From NCBI GenBank assembly GCA_964493715.1, contig CAZBPC010000060.1, forward strand, positions 1 through 21,087: a stretch of 21,087 nt of DNA, read 5' to 3'. The notes beneath the pieces were generated by a model. That model saw only the letters and a program-made list of their open reading frames with translations. It was not told where the DNA came from and ran no database searches. The DNA is from an uncultured archaeon. GTDB taxonomy: Archaea; Asgardarchaeota; Lokiarchaeia; Sigyniarchaeales; SOKP01. The stretch's first letter is position 1, and each line of letters begins with the position of its first letter. Shown one piece after another: positions 16,247 through 21,087 of the stretch. The translations under genes and the position numbers were made by a program.

Positions 16247-16633
16247 TTGAAAATTGAACATGTTGCTGTAGCATCCAATTCAGAAGTTGAAAGTGATAAT
16301 TTTTATAATAATTTACTCAAACTCCAAAAAGTCAAATCATTTACCGTTTCAAAAGAATTGATGAATAAATTTTTTGGTGTGTATAAAGATCAGCAAATTA
16401 TTCGCTATTCTAATAAAACAGTGAGTATAGAGGTTTTTATCACCAATGAGAACGATAAATCAATTGATAATTTCACTCATACTTGCATAATTGTGGAAGA
16501 TCGAGATAAATTAGTGGATGATGCAAGAATAAAAGGTTATCCCGTGATTAAAGTACCTCGGGAAGATAGTAATAATTACTACTTATTTATTAAAGATGAT
16601 TTTGGCAATTTATTTGAAATTAAATCACAATAA
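16247..16633 (+). CDS. VOC (glyoxalase/bleomycin resistance) family protein
   Basis: IEHVAV, FY...L, IEVF, HTCIIV, FIKDDFGNLFEI: His/Glu/His/Glu metal ligands present. TTG start. Confidence 0.9.
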   Translation: MKIEHVAVASNSEVESDNFYNNLLKLQKVKSFTVSKELMNKFFGVYKDQQIIRYSNKTVSIEVFITNENDKSIDNFTHTCIIVEDRDKLVDDARIKGYPVIKVPREDSNNYYLFIKDDFGNLFEIKSQ

Positions 16634-16703
16634 ACTTTTTTAGAGTGAATGGCTTTACAACCAATAGTGCTAAATGCAAATTATTTAAAACTGGGTAATT
16701 GAA

Positions 16704-17480
16704 ATGCCCAAATCATACAAATGCAAATTAATGCTACTAGGAAGCTCTGGTTCTGGTAAGACTTCATTTATAGATGGAGATATTAATAAAGATTGGTCAA
16801 TCGGTTTATCATTTAAATTAGTAGAATGTTATGCAAACGAGAATGATATCTATAAATTTTTAATTTGGGATTTAAAGGATCACCCTCGCTTTCATTTCAT
16901 GTTTAAAGATTTTTGTCGTGGAGCAAATGCAGGTTTACTTTGTTTTGATTTAACAGATAGAAATTCTTTCATTGCATTAAATTTTTGGATAGATTTACTA
17001 AGAGAAGGATCTGGTAATATTCCAATAATATTAATAGGCACTAAAAAAGATTTAGAGAATATTGAAGTATATGATCGGGAAATTTTAGATTTAGTAAAAG
17101 AAAAGAACTTAGACACTGTCTTTTTTACTTCAATTTATGAAGAAAATGATACAAAACAAGAAATTTTTAAGTACATTGTGCAAAAGCTCGATCCTAATTA
17201 TCCCCTCTCCAATTTTTCAATTATCCCTAAAGAATTAGAAGATGAGGAATTTAAAAATTTTGTTGATGAATTCTCAATTTGCCCTATATGCAAAACAGAA
17301 TTACATTATAACACCTTAAAAGCTATATTTTTTAGTAAAAATACTAATTCCATAATTATTAAAACACAATTATTAAATTTCTTAGAAGAAAGTGCCAATT
17401 ATGAAGGCCCTCAATATAAAAATGTTAGAGTTGGCATTCCTTGTTGTAGATGCTATAAAGAAATATTTGAGATCGAATAA
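16704..17480 (+). CDS. Divergent Rab-like small GTPase with a C-terminal Cys-rich (putative Zn-binding) domain
   Basis: G1 GSSGSGKTS, G3-like WDLKD, FCRGANAGLLCFDLT, G4-like GTKKD, then CPIC...CCRC. Confidence 0.85.
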   Translation: MPKSYKCKLMLLGSSGSGKTSFIDGDINKDWSIGLSFKLVECYANENDIYKFLIWDLKDHPRFHFMFKDFCRGANAGLLCFDLTDRNSFIALNFWIDLLREGSGNIPIILIGTKKDLENIEVYDREILDLVKEKNLDTVFFTSIYEENDTKQEIFKYIVQKLDPNYPLSNFSIIPKELEDEEFKNFVDEFSICPICKTELHYNTLKAIFFSKNTNSIIIKTQLLNFLEESANYEGPQYKNVRVGIPCCRCYKEIFEIE

Positions 17481-17513
17481 ATTATATAATATGTGAAATT
17501 ATAATTTAAGATA

Positions 17514-17936
17514 TTAAATTGGCGGGAGTGAACCAGAAGCTTTAATTATCTCCATGTGATCGAAGGCTAATCTGAAATTTATTACTTTATCAAGAGGAAT
17601 TATTTCAAGGGATTTTGCATCATCCTTTGCTCTTGGAATCTCCTTTTCTGAAACAGGAACACACAAAAAAGAAACAGAAATATTATGTCCCCTTGGATCT
17701 CTTCGAGGATCGGAAAAAACACCAATTAAATTAAGAATTTTCACATTGATATTTGTTTCTTCATAGGCTTCTCTTATGCATGCTTGTTCTACGGTTTCAC
17801 CTATATCCACAAACCCCCCCGGTAAAGCAAGCTCTCCCTTAAAAGGAGAATTTTTTCTACGAATCAAAACAATTGAATTCTGCTGAAATATAATCACAGC
17901 GTCAACTGCTACTAATGGAGTAGATGGTCTTGGCAT
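17514..17936 (-). CDS. Nudix hydrolase (ADP-ribose pyrophosphatase-like)
   Basis: Nudix box GGFVDIGETVEQACIREAYEETNI, plus RDPRGH and LAFDH. Confidence 0.92.
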   Translation of the reverse strand: MPRPSTPLVAVDAVIIFQQNSIVLIRRKNSPFKGELALPGGFVDIGETVEQACIREAYEETNINVKILNLIGVFSDPRRDPRGHNISVSFLCVPVSEKEIPRAKDDAKSLEIIPLDKVINFRLAFDHMEIIKASGSLPPI

Positions 17937-17938
17937 AA

Positions 17939-18745
17939 TTAATCATCCCACACGGAAGAACCTAATAAGTGTTCGATACGCGATCTTCGCGGTCTGACAA
18001 ATTTTGTTCTACTTGATTTTCGTTCCAAAAGTAGGGTTCTTTTGAGATTTGAAGAATCCACAAGATTAACTTCTAAATCACCTTCATTCAATATTATATG
18101 ATTAAAACTTGGATTATCATCAGCTCGAACTTTTTGAGAAGTTGAAGTACCACAATAAAGAAAAGTAGTTGGACCAATTACATAAGCATGTGGTACGTGC
18201 CTATGTCCCATTAATACTAAATCAAGCTCAAATAATTGCGTAAATTCAAGTAATTCACCAGCGTCTCTCACAGTTGTAAATTTTTGTCCAGATAAAGGAA
18301 CGGGGATTAAATGGTGATGAAGTGCTAATATTCTATTTTCTAAATTTTTATCGAACTGTCTCCCACACCAATCAAGCTGCTCATCACCACATTCACCATG
18401 AGCGATGTCATCTCTAGCGGTGCAGATTCCTACAATTATAGTATCCAAATCTTCTAATATTAATCGGGAACGACGTGGTCCAATAATTTTCTCAAAATAG
18501 AGTAAACCTGAATTTTTTGCGTCGTGATTTCCAGGGACTGCTAAAAAATGAGTAATGTTTCTTATTCTTTGAATATAGGGAAGGACTGAGCGATATTGGA
18601 CAACTCTTCCTTTATGAATTATATCTCCAGTACAAACGACAACATCTGGGGATACGTCTTTAATATATCCAATAATATTTTCCATTAATTCAGGAAGGAA
18701 TTCCGAACCAAAATGCAGATCAGAAATATGGATAATTTCAACCAT
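17939..18745 (-). CDS. Calcineurin-like metallophosphoesterase (Icc/CpdA-like)
   Basis: HISDLHFG, TGD, PGNHD, LHHH, GHRH motifs. 2-nt gap to the Nudix gene. Confidence 0.92.
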   Translation of the reverse strand: MVEIIHISDLHFGSEFLPELMENIIGYIKDVSPDVVVCTGDIIHKGRVVQYRSVLPYIQRIRNITHFLAVPGNHDAKNSGLLYFEKIIGPRRSRLILEDLDTIIVGICTARDDIAHGECGDEQLDWCGRQFDKNLENRILALHHHLIPVPLSGQKFTTVRDAGELLEFTQLFELDLVLMGHRHVPHAYVIGPTTFLYCGTSTSQKVRADDNPSFNHIILNEGDLEVNLVDSSNLKRTLLLERKSSRTKFVRPRRSRIEHLLGSSVWDD

Positions 18746-18929
18746 AATTTACACCAAAATATTCAATTTTTAACATTTTTAAGATATCTTAATACTTGTA
18801 ATTACCAAATCTTCACAAAATGAATATCTAAATAAATAATATTAAGCTCTGAATTTAAAATATTTGTAGTTTTAAAAAATAATTATTAATTACCTTAATT
18901 TCTTATGAAAGTATACTAGACTCATCTTG

Positions 18930-21086
18930 CTAAAGATCCAATAATTTTGTTCTAAGATAATTGCTAATCGTGCTAACATCTAATGCGTTATCTTTAATAA
19001 ATCCTTGCCCGTAATCAGAACCGCCTCCTCCTTTACCATTAAATTGTTCAGTGCACGATTTGATAAATTTCCCCATATTAAAGACTTGATTATTATTAGC
19101 ACTTTTTCCTAACATGCCCATTAATGTAATCCCTTCATCTGTTTTGTCAATTAAAAAAATTATCAAATCATCTTCTTTGTTTACTATTTTAGCACTAAGA
19201 TTTTTTAGATCTTTTTGAGACAAGTTTTCTATTGAATGAAAAATTACTCTATAATTCTTAAATTCAATAGCATTTGTTAATAAATTATCAATTGACGATT
19301 TATTTAGAAGCGAAGTAATTTCGTTTAACTTATTTACGGATTCTTTCCATTCATTGTATAATTTTTCTACTTTTTGGAAAATTAATTCATTTTTTGTTTT
19401 TAAAACTTTAGATATACGAGTTATGAGATCCCCTTCGTAGTTCTCTTTAGAATTCAAGATGGTGTCTTCCATATTGTATTCACCATTTTTAAGAGATTTA
19501 TTAACTTTTTTCCATTTATCCAATAATTCTTGAATTCTCGACAGTAATTGAGTAGATTGCACGCCAAGTAAATCTTCTAATTTGTACAAGATTGTTTCTT
19601 GTTGTTCTTCAAGTTCATTTGTTGCTTTACCGGCTGTGAAAGTTAATCTAACCACTCCATCTTGAATTTTTTGGGATTTAAGGATTTTAATTCTTCCTGT
19701 TTCTGATGTATTATTCAAATGAGTACCACCGCAAGCTTCAACATCTACTCCTGGAATTTCTACAATCCTTATTTTTTTACCAGGTACCGCTCCTCCTTGG
19801 TAGATTGTCATCCCATATTTTTGTTCCGCGTCTGAGCGAGGCATGAGAGAAAGATTAAGATCAATTGCTTGGTTCACTATTTCATTGGCTTTTTTCTCTA
19901 TTTCCTTTAATTTGTCATAGGGAACATTATCATAGTGGGTTATATCTAAATGAGATCTTTTCAATGTTTTTTTCGCACCTGCTTGATTAATATGATCTCC
20001 TAAAATATGACGGGCAGCCGCATTAACTATATGAGTTGCCGTATGGTGTTGTGATAATTGTTTCCTCCATTCTTTATCTACCTCGATTTTAACGGTATCT
20101 CCTTCTTTAAATTTAGGTTTTTTAGATAAGACATGAATGATATTACTACCTTGCTTAAACACATTATCAAATTTTTGACCGTTTATAGTCCCAACATCAT
20201 GTAACTGACCTCCTGAAGTGGGGTAAGCAACTGATTGGTCCAGAATTACCATGTTATCAATAATTTTCAAGACTTTTGCTTTGTTTGAAGTGTTTTTATA
20301 ATCATAATAGTAAAGAGACTTAGTTTCTGGAATCCCCTTGAGATCTAACTCAATTTCTTTATCCGTAGCTTGAATTTGTTCTTGTTTTTCGTGCCTTTCT
20401 ACCACCAAACTATAAAAATTATCGGGGATTTTTATGTTGCGACTAAACTTTTTCGCAGTTTCTTTGACCATTTCAGGATTAATTCCTCTCGAATCGTATA
20501 TTTCGATTAAAGTCTCTGTTGAGATATCTCCTTCAGAAAGTAATTTTTCTAAAATTTTGGTAGCTTTCTTTTTTGTTTTATAATATTTTTCTTTTTCCAC
20601 GGTTAAAATTTCTCGAATATCATCCAAATGCTCAGAAACTTCGGGAAATAATGCCTTTAATTCTTCCGCGTGCCACTCACAAACATCAGCGAGATTAATA
20701 TCCCAATTAAATTTGTCGATAAAACTAATGGCTCTTCTAAAAATTACTCTGAGATTATAACCTCCTCCTACGTTGGAAGGAAGTTTTCCATCGTTTATTG
20801 CAAATAATAGACTTCGCGCGTGATCAGTTATAGAATATATCGCTGTCATCGGTAGAATTTTTTCTCTCAATTCCTTTACAGGGATTCTTAATTCCTTGGC
20901 TACTCGATTCCATGCGGCTTCCATATCGTCTACTTCATCCATGTTTAAGTATGCGGAATATTTTGAAAATTGATTGTATAAATCAAAATCCAAATTTATT
21001 TTAGTCATTTCCCTTAATTTTGATAATACTTTAGGAAATGTTGCTTCATAGATATTTGGAGTACCTTGTGAAAACCACGCCACCCT
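18930..21086 (-). CDS. alaS: Alanine--tRNA ligase, archaeal type, 5'-truncated by the window edge
   Basis: Frame is open to the window end (R-VAWFSQGTP, end of motif 2). Contains ITDHARS, PSNVGGGYNLR, YPTSGGQLHD, HHTATH, EACGGTH (editing domain) and GKGGG (C-Ala/DHHA1). Confidence 0.97.
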   Translation of the reverse strand, partial: RVAWFSQGTPNIYEATFPKVLSKLREMTKINLDFDLYNQFSKYSAYLNMDEVDDMEAAWNRVAKELRIPVKELREKILPMTAIYSITDHARSLLFAINDGKLPSNVGGGYNLRVIFRRAISFIDKFNWDINLADVCEWHAEELKALFPEVSEHLDDIREILTVEKEKYYKTKKKATKILEKLLSEGDISTETLIEIYDSRGINPEMVKETAKKFSRNIKIPDNFYSLVVERHEKQEQIQATDKEIELDLKGIPETKSLYYYDYKNTSNKAKVLKIIDNMVILDQSVAYPTSGGQLHDVGTINGQKFDNVFKQGSNIIHVLSKKPKFKEGDTVKIEVDKEWRKQLSQHHTATHIVNAAARHILGDHINQAGAKKTLKRSHLDITHYDNVPYDKLKEIEKKANEIVNQAIDLNLSLMPRSDAEQKYGMTIYQGGAVPGKKIRIVEIPGVDVEACGGTHLNNTSETGRIKILKSQKIQDGVVRLTFTAGKATNELEEQQETILYKLEDLLGVQSTQLLSRIQELLDKWKKVNKSLKNGEYNMEDTILNSKENYEGDLITRISKVLKTKNELIFQKVEKLYNEWKESVNKLNEITSLLNKSSIDNLLTNAIEFKNYRVIFHSIENLSQKDLKNLSAKIVNKEDDLIIFLIDKTDEGITLMGMLGKSANNNQVFNMGKFIKSCTEQFNGKGGGGSDYGQGFIKDNALDVSTISNYLRTKLLDL

Positions 21087-21087
21087 C

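Noticed and set aside
16892-17116. Minus-strand 74-aa ORF
   Set aside because: Antisense shadow of the GTPase gene.
1-21087. CRISPR arrays, tRNA/rRNA genes, IS elements or integrases
   Set aside because: No regularly spaced repeats, no GC-rich structured RNA-like segments and no transposase or integrase ORFs. Intergenic gaps are short and AT-rich.

Overview
AT-rich, gene-dense archaeal chromosomal window. It is most consistent with an Asgard archaeon (Lokiarchaeia/Promethearchaeota-like), inferred from two Rab-like small GTPases with accessory domains, a multi-longin/roadblock-like protein, a V4R-like domain protein, and archaeal-type AlaRS and DtdA. I see no rRNA, tRNA, CRISPR array or mobile element. 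The left 13 kb are dominated by thiol/Fe-S redox genes: a ferredoxin:thioredoxin reductase catalytic subunit, a putative heme-membrane/V4R fusion, two paralogous CCG-domain Fe-S proteins, three tandem protein-disulfide oxidoreductases plus TrxR, two Hsp20s with a CCP motif, a 2x[4Fe-4S] ferredoxin and two convergent Cys-bearing Lrp regulators. Four separate paralog sets occur there. sfsA is interrupted by an in-frame TGA at the conserved RxNRF arginine, and an unlisted 52-aa ORF follows the FTR gene. The right part holds a ZIP-like membrane protein, dtdA, a wHTH hypothetical, VOC, a degenerate Zn-finger GTPase, Nudix, a metallophosphoesterase and a 5'-truncated alaS. All family calls come from motif recognition by eye; no database searches were run.
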